Of a DNA stretch of 64,000 bases, positions 28,001 through 36,483 are shown piece after piece. The notes beneath the pieces are model-generated. The model saw only the letters and a program-made list of their open reading frames with translations. It was not told the DNA's origin and made no database searches. A program made the translations under genes and the position numbers. Source of the stretch: Candidatus Gottesmanbacteria bacterium (lineage in GTDB: Bacteria; Patescibacteriota; Microgenomatia; UBA10105; UBA927); the NCBI GenBank assembly GCA_023245355.1, contig JAHFKN010000001.1:203528-267527 (forward strand). The letters run 5' to 3'. Every line of letters begins with the position of its first letter. Within the stretch, counting starts at the first letter, position 1.

Positions 28001-29385
28001 ATATCGAATCATCAAAAGGGCTCGCTGTCGCTTCTGAACAACTTTTCACCCCTGAGTGGATGAATCGAGCAAAAATTGTCGTCAATCCCTTTCAGCTCAT
28101 CAGTACCTTTTCAGAAGCAATAGAACTGGCTCCCCGATTGGGGGTTTATAAAAAAGGAATTGCTCAAGGAGCTACTCGACTTGAAGCAGCTTACGAAGCA
28201 CGCAATGTGACGGTTGATTTTGCAAAGGCTGGAATTGAAGGTCGACTGATTAATATGTGGATTCCCTTTGTGAATGCTCGTTGGCAAGGACTTCTGACCA
28301 TTGGCAAAGTGATGAAGGAAAATCCATTTAGAACGACGGTGCGAGCTTTGGCCTTGACGGTCCTGCCTGGTGTAGCTACTTATTTTTATAACGTCATGAA
28401 CCATGAAGATCTTTGGGACGATATCCCCCAATGGGCCAAAGATACATATTTTATTGTGATTGTAGGTGAAGGCCAAGATAGCCAAGGAAATCGGGTGCCG
28501 AAAGTAGTTCAAATCCCTAAAGGTGATATGGGGACTATATTTTTCAACCCGTTAATGTATGCCTTGGAATACGTGCGAAAACAGGAGCCAACTAACCTCT
28601 TTAAGTTAGGACTCGAGTGGATGAGCCAATTGTCACCGGTCTCGTTTACCAGAGATGGAGAATTATCAGCTCAGTCTTTCCTTGGGAGCGCACTACCTCC
28701 AGCGTTAAAAGTGCCATTGGAGCTGGCGACAAACACTAATCTTTTCACCGGATTCCCAATTGTGCCTCAGCGCTTAGAGAAAGTGACACCAACTGAGCAA
28801 TATGATGAGAAAACACCACAAATAGCAGTTACGGCCGGTCGAGCTTTGGGCATCAGTCCGATGAAGCTGACCCATGCAATTTCAGGATTAGCCGGAAGTT
28901 TTTCTCGTCAAGTAATGAACCCCGCCGACATTATCAATTTAACGACACAGCGCTTTTATCGGCTTCAGGGTGGGCAAAAACAACAGGCAGCCTGGGATAT
29001 TAAGTATGACGCTGAAGTGGGCTACAACACCACGAGGCTGCAGATGAAACGGCTGATCGAGCAGGGTCAGCTTCAGCAAGCCCAACAGATGGCGCTCAAA
29101 TGGAATCAGGAGGCCGAGAAACTCATTTCCCAGATAGTTCCACTCCTAATGAAAGATGACCCCAAGGAAGCGGCTTCATTTCAAAGTAGCATCACTTTTG
29201 ATGCTGCAGATTTGCAGCGACTCCTGAAGACAACGCTTCCTGGTGGTGTACCACAAAATGCTGGAACTGATCAAACACTAATTCCCCTTCAGCCTGGACT
29301 TAATACTAATTCGACCATGGGACAACTATTCCAGGGTGGTCAACAAAATAGTGGCGACGCTATAAGGAGGTTAATTTACAAATGA
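25099..29385 (+). CDS. Large virion protein (~1,430 aa): internal core, ejection or tape-measure-like
   Basis: Giant ORF in the tail block with long helical segments and a Pro-rich linker PPGKPPRPPQEV. Start set at Met 25099 after the previous stop. Confidence 0.4.
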   Translation: MIMDNFLEQLKKNITSSFANTKQSVGDIFGKAQTSLTNLVRGGQQKVDEVIKPLQYDIAIPGPTSGSYKPFKNLYLETAAQALGVGARDTDVLERLPSATFGALKGAGNGLGEALSFGWWKPEIKYADDIEKQAGDMTEVEFNVLGTIGTFLVGGELVQGALRGVPLLARVATVAPRTFNVLSTGLTFAGLTQIQKDEAQKNAAQRAKDFVGDFALGGAFSIAGMKTSFLKSSAIIGPATYVTSLLKGESNGDALKDTTAMMGLHSLNFAVAKFLPNGSEIENRIEKAASEQLKITKAEAMEYLGISDKATAEEMKQAWKNKVVDITKRFPAQANQTPQEMGVFNQAWNTANRAYEFLAKVSNPEGYTGKSFAQEFQDLYYQLWKDVPDKRSAIVKAVRSLPAGLSVRATLNDGQRNEIVTTLGGEEAKTRLGKVAELTDADLVSVAMENKITVTPSKTTVPETIQLPATEQTAEASAQLKTNLSLQEQKAVKAAEIRDKYITPEEKELADAEKIPSIGDILQSQTFQDRLQGKVTAPTTPRADQLRELPPGKPPRPPQEVSLDGAPPSPEGSALDEIDKMVGKISTAKSILGNIKNAIETFPRMFTDRFAPIKNFEDQITKLQGQPINIDSSPYVAARMYAGRFGIVEGNFKDLYNILQPVRKLRADFTRFVLSERAIERAERGFDNPNGVTKETAEQALVELKDKVGDKAFKAFEQVGQGIQNWSIKSILQPMKDAGILGKEAFTSIVENNKRWMPFHVLEYMPSVEQADQMAVGSETFSVSKQGVIKSLEGTEKIIRDPFMSIIDNLTKSVSLVERNKVAQKLIDLRNSHPDAAKEFIKFLPDGLRPPAEWDAISVFIDGKVTKWAVPKDLSEAMHALSSAETGLMGKMILASSKAFKAGTTSLYFPFTLSNAIRDYQTASIVSKWGFNPANWLSGFKDGLKAAFKFDSKAYDEFMTNKGGYGGYIESSKGLAVASEQLFTPEWMNRAKIVVNPFQLISTFSEAIELAPRLGVYKKGIAQGATRLEAAYEARNVTVDFAKAGIEGRLINMWIPFVNARWQGLLTIGKVMKENPFRTTVRALALTVLPGVATYFYNVMNHEDLWDDIPQWAKDTYFIVIVGEGQDSQGNRVPKVVQIPKGDMGTIFFNPLMYALEYVRKQEPTNLFKLGLEWMSQLSPVSFTRDGELSAQSFLGSALPPALKVPLELATNTNLFTGFPIVPQRLEKVTPTEQYDEKTPQIAVTAGRALGISPMKLTHAISGLAGSFSRQVMNPADIINLTTQRFYRLQGGQKQQAAWDIKYDAEVGYNTTRLQMKRLIEQGQLQQAQQMALKWNQEAEKLISQIVPLLMKDDPKEAASFQSSITFDAADLQRLLKTTLPGGVPQNAGTDQTLIPLQPGLNTNSTMGQLFQGGQQNSGDAIRRLIYK

Positions 29386-30485
29386 AACAACTAACACTAC
29401 CGATTATTTTTAGTCAAAATGATAGCCGATGGAAAAATAGTCCTCTGGGAACCAGAGGCACAATTGGCTTATATGGCTGCCTGGAGAATGATGCCACGAT
29501 GGTGACCAATTATTACGGCTTCCAGGAAACGCCGCTCACCTTAAATGAGAAGCTAACCAACAATGCTGGATATCAGGATGGGAATAAATTTGTCTGGAGC
29601 GTCTTTGCTCGATTATTCGGTCTTAAGTATTCTGGCCAATGGTCCAATACCGGAGCGTTGACCCAAGCCCAAATGGACCAGATCCGAAAAGCTATTGATG
29701 GTGGTTACCCGGTGTTTCTCCAAATCGACACGATTCCAGCCACTTCAGCTCTGGATGAACATTGGATCCTGGCTATTGGGTATGAAGGTGATGACTTTCT
29801 TATTCAAGATCCATGGGACGGAGCGACTAAACGAATCACCAGCTGGGGTGTGACTGCTCAGAAGCTAATTTACGCCTGGTGTTGGTTTGAAGGAAAGCCA
29901 GTCAAAGTAGAGGTAGCCGATGGCTGTCTTGTTCCTAACACTCCGGAATGGCGTACGAAGTACGAACAAATCGTCGCATCAGCCACTAAGTGGGCAGATA
30001 CCCTCAAGATTTTAGAGATAACCGATGACCCCAACGCTACCCCTACAGACAAAATTAAAAGCACTATGGCAGGGTATAAAAGTCGCGAAACCGACCTATC
30101 TAACAAGCTAAATGATAAACAGGGATTGCTTGATAATGCCAACAAGGAGATTGAGAACCGAACCGAGCAAGTAAGCAGACTCGATGGCGATCTGCTAGAG
30201 AAGGATAAATACTATAAATCACTGGTTGACGCACTAAATAAGCAAGTCAAAAACGGCTCAGATGCCCTACCCTTGGCACAGGCTAGGGTTGGGGTGCTTG
30301 AGGGGGAACTGGATGAAGCCAATAAAGCTAAGGGTCGTGCCTTGCTAGAGGCTCAACAGAACAAAAGCCAATTGGAAGCCTGCCAAAAAGGAACCATTGC
30401 TCCTACACCCCAATTAATTCTCAAGTTGACTATCCAATACATTACAAATTTAGTAACCAAAAAAGGAGGTGAGAACAATGGATAA
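29382..30485 (+). CDS. Papain-like cysteine peptidase (C39-like or CHAP-like), endolysin candidate
   Basis: Gln...Cys...His in order: SQNDSRWKN (oxyanion Gln), LYGCLENDATMV (Cys), EHWILAIGYEGDDFLIQDPWDG (His/Asp), then a coiled-coil tail. Confidence 0.45.
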   Translation: MKQLTLPIIFSQNDSRWKNSPLGTRGTIGLYGCLENDATMVTNYYGFQETPLTLNEKLTNNAGYQDGNKFVWSVFARLFGLKYSGQWSNTGALTQAQMDQIRKAIDGGYPVFLQIDTIPATSALDEHWILAIGYEGDDFLIQDPWDGATKRITSWGVTAQKLIYAWCWFEGKPVKVEVADGCLVPNTPEWRTKYEQIVASATKWADTLKILEITDDPNATPTDKIKSTMAGYKSRETDLSNKLNDKQGLLDNANKEIENRTEQVSRLDGDLLEKDKYYKSLVDALNKQVKNGSDALPLAQARVGVLEGELDEANKAKGRALLEAQQNKSQLEACQKGTIAPTPQLILKLTIQYITNLVTKKGGENNG

Positions 30486-30741
30486 TATATATCCCGAATG
30501 GAAGAAGGTCGCATGGAGATTTCTGCGAGTCTTTATTTCAGCCTTTTTATTTACCGGATCGATGGTGTTAATCAATGCCCAACCAGAAATGTTGAGTAGT
30601 TGGAATAAATTTCTCAACACACTTGTCCTGCCATTTTTAATGGCTGGTGGAGTGGCGGGAATTAACTCAGTCGGCAAACTATTGCGTGACCTATTTGGTA
30701 CACAAGACAAAACCGGATTAATTGACAAATTGCCATTCTAA
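30469..30741 (+). CDS. Holin-like two-TM protein
   Basis: Two hydrophobic helices (FLRVFISAFLFTGSMVLI and LVLPFLMAGGVAGI). It lies directly after the peptidase with an AAAGGAGGTGAGAACAATG ribosome-binding site. Confidence 0.4.
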   Translation: MRTMDNIYPEWKKVAWRFLRVFISAFLFTGSMVLINAQPEMLSSWNKFLNTLVLPFLMAGGVAGINSVGKLLRDLFGTQDKTGLIDKLPF

Positions 30742-30746
30742 ATACT

Positions 30747-30995
30747 ATGAACAATAACCAATCCACCGACACAAATATGGGTGAACGAATCGCTAAACTC
30801 GAAGAACGAGTGGACGGTGGATTGGGTTATATTAATAAGGAATTGGTGGAAATAAAAGAGAACCATCTCTATCACCTGCAAATTGATGTAACCGATTTGA
30901 AAATGAAGGTTAATACCCTAACAGTGAAAGTGAGTGTTGGAGTAGCAATCGCGACAATTTTAGTCGATTTGGTTTTTCGCTATCTGCTCAAATAA
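30747..30995 (+). CDS. Small membrane protein (holin, antiholin or spanin-like)
   Basis: C-terminal TM VSVGVAIATILVDLVF with a coiled-coil N-terminus. Confidence 0.3.
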   Translation: MNNNQSTDTNMGERIAKLEERVDGGLGYINKELVEIKENHLYHLQIDVTDLKMKVNTLTVKVSVGVAIATILVDLVFRYLLK

Positions 30996-30996
30996 G

Positions 30997-31272
30997 CTAC
31001 TTATCCTTTTTCTTATTAAGATCGGTTCCGAGAAGATTATGTAGGTCTTTGGTAAAACCCTCAAAAGCGTTAGCGTTTAAGACGGTAAAATATGTGGATC
31101 CGGGAACGCCAGTAAAGACCAAGGTATCACCAGGCTGAATGTTCTGGGCTTTTCTCAGTTTGGCAGGAATAACTAACTGACCGCGTGAACTCACCGGCGA
31201 GGTGCCGAAAACAACGGTCTTAGCTGACTTTTTATCTTTAGGCTTACTTTTATCGTTCATAGTTGAAATCAA
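30997..31272 (-). CDS. AbrB/MazE/SpoVT-family DNA-binding protein
   Basis: SSRGQLVIPAKLRKAQNIQPGDTLVF fits the swapped-hairpin (looped-hinge helix) motif. Opposite strand to the phage genes, at the block's edge. Confidence 0.5.
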   Translation of the reverse strand: MISTMNDKSKPKDKKSAKTVVFGTSPVSSRGQLVIPAKLRKAQNIQPGDTLVFTGVPGSTYFTVLNANAFEGFTKDLHNLLGTDLNKKKDK

Positions 31273-31570
31273 CTTGCTTTGAGACAGTAAAGCAATTCCC
31301 TATAATTAAGAATAATCTTTAATTACAGTAGTCGTATTATACAATAAATAGGTCTTGAGAAGAACGAAAGTTGGAAAATGACAGAAAGATACAATACCAA
31401 CCTTGTGTTGACAGGGGGTTACGAAGTAAAATACTAGTTGTGGTTATTGAGGGAGAGCAAAAGAATCAATACCCATATGTTCTTTAAGAGCTGAAAACTG
31501 TAACTGAAGATCTGGTGTGATATAGTTGACCAGGCTAAATAGGTCCGAGCCAATTACGGTTACCAGCTCC

Positions 31571-31596
31571 AAAAACAGACCCCATTCGGGGTCTTT
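31571..31596 (+). terminator. Intrinsic terminator at the composition boundary
   Basis: cagaccccattcggggtc hairpin followed by ttttttt. Confidence 0.5.
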
Positions 31597-31646
31597 TTTT
31601 GACTTATATTCCCTTCGCCCGCTCACTTTTGCTACACTGATTCTAT

Positions 31647-32591
31647 ATGCTCCAGCATATCCTGCTTTATATCGTATCGTTTGTCGGCATATGGATCGGT
31701 GCGGGGCTTGCGATATCCTCTGTCGAAAAACTTTCCCACCGGCTGCGCCTTTCTTCTTTTATCGTTTCGTTTCTCGTGCTGGGCTTTTTTACGTCTATCA
31801 GCGAATTTTCCGTAGGCATCAATGCGGTCCTCGATAACGACCCGGAAATATTTGTCGGAAATTTAATCGGCGCTTCTATCGTGCTGTTTATGCTGGTCAT
31901 TCCCTTACTGGCCATAACCGGCAAACAAATCCACATAAGCAAGGAGCTACGGGGCATCAATCTGGTATTGCCGCTTATCGTCGTAGCCGTTCCTGTCCTG
32001 CTATCGCTGGACGGTGTTGTCAGCCGGATTGATGCGGCAATATCGCTCATTCTGTATGGCATCTCTGCGTTTATCATCGAACAAAAACGCGGGTTTACCA
32101 GCAATCCTGCGCTGCTCAAACAGTTCGCGAAAGCGTCGGTCGGCCTAGAGTTCGGAAAAATTATTGCCGGTATCGGTGTAATTTTCGCTTCCAGTCATTT
32201 GGTCGTTACGGAAACGCTGTATTTTTCCGGCGCATTCGGACTTTCACCGTTTCTCATCAGCCTGCTGCTGGTTGCTATCGGCACGAACCTGCCGGAGTTG
32301 TCTTTTATCTTCCGGTCGTTATTTATGAAAAGCAATCAGGTGGCATTCGGGGATTATCTGGGGTCTGCCGCATTCAATACGTTCCTGTACGGGTTTCTGA
32401 CGCTATTTTACGGGCGGACAATTCTACTGACCAACAGTTATGTCGTGAGTCTTACGTTTCTTATCGTCGGACTTATACTGTTTTATATTTTTGCCCGAAG
32501 CAAACACACGATTTCCAAAAGCGAAGCGGCCGGATTATTTGCTATCTACGTCCTTTTCCTCTTTACCGAGTATTATCTGCACAAAGGCTAA
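31647..32591 (+). CDS. Ca2+/Na+ antiporter (CaCA/YrbG family)
   Basis: Two alpha-repeats: GNLIGASIV and AIGTNLPELSF...GDYLGSAAFNTFL. About ten TM helices. Confidence 0.7.
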   Translation: MLQHILLYIVSFVGIWIGAGLAISSVEKLSHRLRLSSFIVSFLVLGFFTSISEFSVGINAVLDNDPEIFVGNLIGASIVLFMLVIPLLAITGKQIHISKELRGINLVLPLIVVAVPVLLSLDGVVSRIDAAISLILYGISAFIIEQKRGFTSNPALLKQFAKASVGLEFGKIIAGIGVIFASSHLVVTETLYFSGAFGLSPFLISLLLVAIGTNLPELSFIFRSLFMKSNQVAFGDYLGSAAFNTFLYGFLTLFYGRTILLTNSYVVSLTFLIVGLILFYIFARSKHTISKSEAAGLFAIYVLFLFTEYYLHKG

Positions 32592-32599
32592 TGGACGGA

Positions 32600-33598
32600 T
32601 TAATTGAGGAACGTGCGGATATTCTCAAGATGCTCTTCGTACGTTTTTGCACAGTGAATCTCCCGGTCAGAAGAATGCAGGTAAAAAATACAATCGGTTT
32701 CCTCGGGGTGTAACACCGCTTTTATGGCAGCCAGCCCCGGATTACTGATAGGCCCCGGAGGCAAACCTTTGTTCCGGTACGTGTTGTACGGCGACTCCAG
32801 ATACTTATCGGCAGGAACGACTCTGCCCCACCACCCGTCATCGCTGTTTCCTTTGATGTACTGAAGCGTCGCGTCGATCTCGAGCCGCATGTCTTTATCC
32901 AGCCGGTTCCAGATGATGCCGGCAATCAGCGCTTTATCACTGTCGCCCCCGGATTCGCGCTCGATAAGCGACGCGATTTTTATGGCGGTCGTCCATTTGA
33001 TATTTTTGGCGGTGAAAGCATCGATGTACGGAGCGAGTACTTCATTAAAATGATCGGTAAACCGTTTTGCTACCGCACGAACCGGTTCATCGGACGGCAA
33101 CAGATACGTATCGGGGAAATACACTCCCTCGTGGTACTCTTGGGAATCGTTGTTATACGCATTCCATTCCTGTTCCTGAACAGGCGTCCATCCGAGCATT
33201 GTTCCCAAGTGTTCGCCGATCTGCTCTTTCCGAAGTCCTTCACGCACACTCACCCAGACAAATTGGGGCGGACTGGTCAGTTTTTTTACCAGTGCCCATG
33301 CACTCATCGAACGGTTGAGACGATACCCGCCCGGTGCTACTGTTTTTCCTGAACCGAAAACCGACATAAACCACGAAAATGCATGTTGATTCCGGATAAG
33401 ATGTTTTGAAAACAGATCCTGCGGCGCGTCATAGCCGGAAGTTCCCTGCGGAACGACAACGATCACTTCAGACGCATCGTTTGAGACCGGCCCCAACACC
33501 TGCCACATCAGGGTACTTATACCCGTAAGCGACACTACAAATACCAGAAAAAATACTATGAAATGTTTCATTCTGTGAGCGCTGCTCTGCTCACCCAT
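32600..33598 (-). CDS. mltG: Endolytic murein transglycosylase MltG (YceG-like)
   Basis: N-terminal TM, then YNTYRNKGLPPGPISNPG, the MltG signature. Confidence 0.8.
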   Translation of the reverse strand: MGEQSSAHRMKHFIVFFLVFVVSLTGISTLMWQVLGPVSNDASEVIVVVPQGTSGYDAPQDLFSKHLIRNQHAFSWFMSVFGSGKTVAPGGYRLNRSMSAWALVKKLTSPPQFVWVSVREGLRKEQIGEHLGTMLGWTPVQEQEWNAYNNDSQEYHEGVYFPDTYLLPSDEPVRAVAKRFTDHFNEVLAPYIDAFTAKNIKWTTAIKIASLIERESGGDSDKALIAGIIWNRLDKDMRLEIDATLQYIKGNSDDGWWGRVVPADKYLESPYNTYRNKGLPPGPISNPGLAAIKAVLHPEETDCIFYLHSSDREIHCAKTYEEHLENIRTFLN

Positions 33599-33612
33599 GA
33601 TACAATCTATGC

Positions 33613-34488
33613 ATGGAAAACTCTATAACACTGCTTGCTCCCTCCGACTGGAAAGACTATGAACTGATCGACTGCGGCGACGGCGCGAAACTGGAACGGT
33701 TCGGCTCCTACATCATTTCCCGTCCTGACCCGCGTGCCGTCTGGCAGCGCCTCGCCCCTCCGGATGTCTGGAATCATGTGCATGCGGCATTTGTACGCAC
33801 TACGAAAGACGAGGGTCATTGGCAGGTCCAGACGCCGCCCCCTGCTGACTGGTCCGTGCGCTATAAAGATATGGTATTTACGCTCAAACCGACGTCGTTT
33901 AAACACGTAGGCGTATTTCCTGAACAGGCGGTAAACTGGAAATGGATGCGCGATGCGATCGCCGGCTCAAAAAGTAACGTACTAAATTTATTCGCATACA
34001 CCGGCGGGGCCTCTATGGCCGCTGCTCTCGAAGGCGCGTTAGTCACGCATGTGGACTCCTCCAGAGGTACCGTGGACTGGGCCAAAAAAAATGCAGCAGC
34101 TTCCGGACTCTCTGACAAATCCATACGATGGATTATTGATGACGCCTATAAATTCGCGCTTCGGGAAGCCCGGCGCGGCAATACATATGACGGCATCATC
34201 CTGGATCCCCCGCGGTTCGGCCGGGGAACCAAAGGCGAAATCTGGAAAATAGAGGAGGACCTGCCTAAACTACTGGCCGTCGTCCGTTCTCTTCTTTCCC
34301 CCAGGCCCCGCTTTATCCTCATTAACGCGTACACCGCGGATCTTTCCGGCTTGGTCATAGCCAACCTGTTAAGTGACCTCACGCGCGAACTGGGCGGCCG
34401 TATCACAAGCGGAGAATTGGCGCTTCAGGCGACTGCCGGAGACCGCCTCCTGCCGAACGGAATTTTTGCGCGGTGGTCGGCTTCCTGA
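33613..34488 (+). CDS. SAM-dependent rRNA methyltransferase (RlmI/RlmK-like)
   Basis: YTGGASMAAA (SAM motif I-like) and ILDPPRFGRG (motif IV). Confidence 0.55.
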   Translation: MENSITLLAPSDWKDYELIDCGDGAKLERFGSYIISRPDPRAVWQRLAPPDVWNHVHAAFVRTTKDEGHWQVQTPPPADWSVRYKDMVFTLKPTSFKHVGVFPEQAVNWKWMRDAIAGSKSNVLNLFAYTGGASMAAALEGALVTHVDSSRGTVDWAKKNAAASGLSDKSIRWIIDDAYKFALREARRGNTYDGIILDPPRFGRGTKGEIWKIEEDLPKLLAVVRSLLSPRPRFILINAYTADLSGLVIANLLSDLTRELGGRITSGELALQATAGDRLLPNGIFARWSAS

Positions 34489-34530
34489 GGCCCGGATAAT
34501 TTGATACAATACGTCCGTATAAAGAGTCGC

Positions 34531-34604
34531 GCCTCCTTAGCTCAACGGCAGAGCAGCGGTATCGTAAACCGTAGATGTCAGTCCAATTCTGACAGGGGGC
34601 TCCA
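34531..34604 (+). tRNA. tRNA-Thr (anticodon CGU) with a non-canonical T-loop
   Basis: Manual fold: acceptor GCCTCCT/AGGGGGC, D-arm TAGCTCAACGGCAGAGC, anticodon stem GCGGT/ACCGT with loop ATCGTAA, T-stem GTCAG/CTGAC with loop TCCAATT, then TCCA. Confidence 0.55.
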
Positions 34605-35314
34605 TGGTAGTATCCCGTCTCCGCAGATTTGAAGAAAAAAACGCGTCGCGCAGAATTGCGGTAGCTTTCATCGGCACCGTCGCACTACTGGTATTCTTTG
34701 CGCTCTTCGGACTCCGAATCCTTATCGGCTTCAGCCTGCTTATCGACCGTATACGCGGCGGATCAGCCGCGTTGCCGCAGCAGCAGGCAGTTATTCTCCC
34801 CCCGATCCTTGACCCGCTGCCGGAAGCGACCAACAGCGCAACATTGGACGTCCGCGGGAAAGCGGCTGCGAAAATGCAGCTTATTCTCTACGTGAATGAC
34901 AGCGAATACAAAAAACTGACCGTTGCCGACGACGGAACATTTGAAAACAAGGGTATTCCCGTCCAGGAAGGCACGACCACCATCAGCGCAAAAGCCGCCG
35001 ATGATAAAAACAACATAAGCGACCTTTCCAACGTGTTAACCACCGTTGTCGACCGCACCGCTCCCAAACTGGTTATAGATGCCCCTGCTGATAACGCGAC
35101 GATCAATGACGGAACGCACAAAGCAACCGTAAGCGGTATGACGGATGAAGATATGAAAGTTACCATTAACGGCCGTATCGTTGTGGTAAAGTCAGACGGA
35201 TCATTTACGTACAGCATGCCGTTAAACGACGGGGAAAACAAACTGACGATTATCGCCCACGATGCAGCGGGCAACGAAACCAAAGCCGAACGCAAAGTTA
35301 CTTACCAGCCTTAA
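34604..35314 (+). CDS. Membrane-anchored protein with Ig-like beta domains
   Basis: N-terminal TM IAVAFIGTVALLVFFALFGL. Repeated T/D/N-rich beta segments. Confidence 0.4.
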   Translation: MVVSRLRRFEEKNASRRIAVAFIGTVALLVFFALFGLRILIGFSLLIDRIRGGSAALPQQQAVILPPILDPLPEATNSATLDVRGKAAAKMQLILYVNDSEYKKLTVADDGTFENKGIPVQEGTTTISAKAADDKNNISDLSNVLTTVVDRTAPKLVIDAPADNATINDGTHKATVSGMTDEDMKVTINGRIVVVKSDGSFTYSMPLNDGENKLTIIAHDAAGNETKAERKVTYQP

Positions 35315-36482
35315 TATACCGTTCCATCGCTCCGAATCCCACCCACATCCACACCATAACCCACGGATAAAATAAACTGTTGATAAACAAACTGTGGACC
35401 AATAGTGCAGCAAATGACGCCAGATACCCGGCTGCCACAGTGCGCACGCCGGGTTTACCGTTGATACCGGCAATTCCCGGACGGAGAAAAGAAATAAGCA
35501 GCCAGCCGTATATGACAATTCCTATAATTCCCGTGGTCGCCCCGACAAATAACAGGCTGGTATCGAGTCCGTTTCCTGCACGCGAAGGCGCTGTCCGCTC
35601 GTCTATCCAACTGCGTTCCGTCGCGATAAACCGCAGAATATTAAACCCGTGTCCCATGATCGGTTTCTCACGGATAAGCCCCAGTGCCCGCTCCGCATTC
35701 CCCAAACGCGCATAGGAAGAAACCGTGCGGAGGAGATTTTGTCCCTCTCCGGTATGCGGAGCCAGCATCAGCCCGGCCGCCAATAGCACCGTCACACCGA
35801 TAACCAGTGTTACCCGTTTGGTAAGAATACCGAATACGATCAATCCGGCGGCAAACGCCGCGATACTGCTTCTGGAATATGTGAGGATAAGAGAAACGAC
35901 CGCAATTGCCAATCCTGCCAGTTTCCACGCCGCTCCTTTTCCCTTCCCTATGACCGATAGCAGCATAATGGCAGTAATGCCAAGCAGTATACCGGTAAAA
36001 TTCGGGTCCAAAAGTGTGCTGAACAGCCGCTGGTAATGCGGATCCCACCCGAGATAATAGAGGTTACGCAAATCCGGATACCACGCGTACTGCATAAATC
36101 CCACAAGTCCCACTGCAATACCGCTGCCGATAAGCAGGGCCAGCCAGGATGCGGCCGGGATAACCGCGCTTGCCGACACCCAATACAGCGCGGCATATAC
36201 AATCCAACGGAATACATACAGCAATCCTCCGCCGACAACATACGTGGGTACATATCCCCACGTTAAGGAAAGTGAAATAAGCGCGACAGCGGCAAATGAC
36301 AATATCGGCGCCCAGTGCGGCGGGATGAATCTTTTTTTCCGGCTTTCATACGCTCCGTAAAGCAAAACTATGAGCACGGAGATATCCAGAAGCGTTATGC
36401 GGGTGTTTGCAAACAGCGGCAACGAAGTGATTTGCCCGCCGATAAGCCCGAGACCCAATATTGTCAATACAAATAGCTGCAT
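35298..36482 (-). CDS. O-antigen ligase/polymerase-family membrane protein (Wzy_C-like)
   Basis: Polytopic, with the TYSRSSIAAF loop motif of WaaL/Wzy. Start set at Met 36482, giving TAAtATG with the upstream gene. Confidence 0.5.
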   Translation of the reverse strand: MQLFVLTILGLGLIGGQITSLPLFANTRITLLDISVLIVLLYGAYESRKKRFIPPHWAPILSFAAVALISLSLTWGYVPTYVVGGGLLYVFRWIVYAALYWVSASAVIPAASWLALLIGSGIAVGLVGFMQYAWYPDLRNLYYLGWDPHYQRLFSTLLDPNFTGILLGITAIMLLSVIGKGKGAAWKLAGLAIAVVSLILTYSRSSIAAFAAGLIVFGILTKRVTLVIGVTVLLAAGLMLAPHTGEGQNLLRTVSSYARLGNAERALGLIREKPIMGHGFNILRFIATERSWIDERTAPSRAGNGLDTSLLFVGATTGIIGIVIYGWLLISFLRPGIAGINGKPGVRTVAAGYLASFAALLVHSLFINSLFYPWVMVWMWVGFGAMERYIKAGK

Positions 36483-36483
36483 A

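Noticed and set aside
1-31300. Integrase, excisionase or att sites delimiting a prophage
   Set aside because: None was found in the window. The left end of the element is outside the window, so integration cannot be asserted.
31444-31626. 60-aa minus-strand ORF at the composition boundary
   Set aside because: It overlaps the terminator hairpin at 31571-31596 and has no ribosome-binding site. It is likely non-coding boundary sequence.
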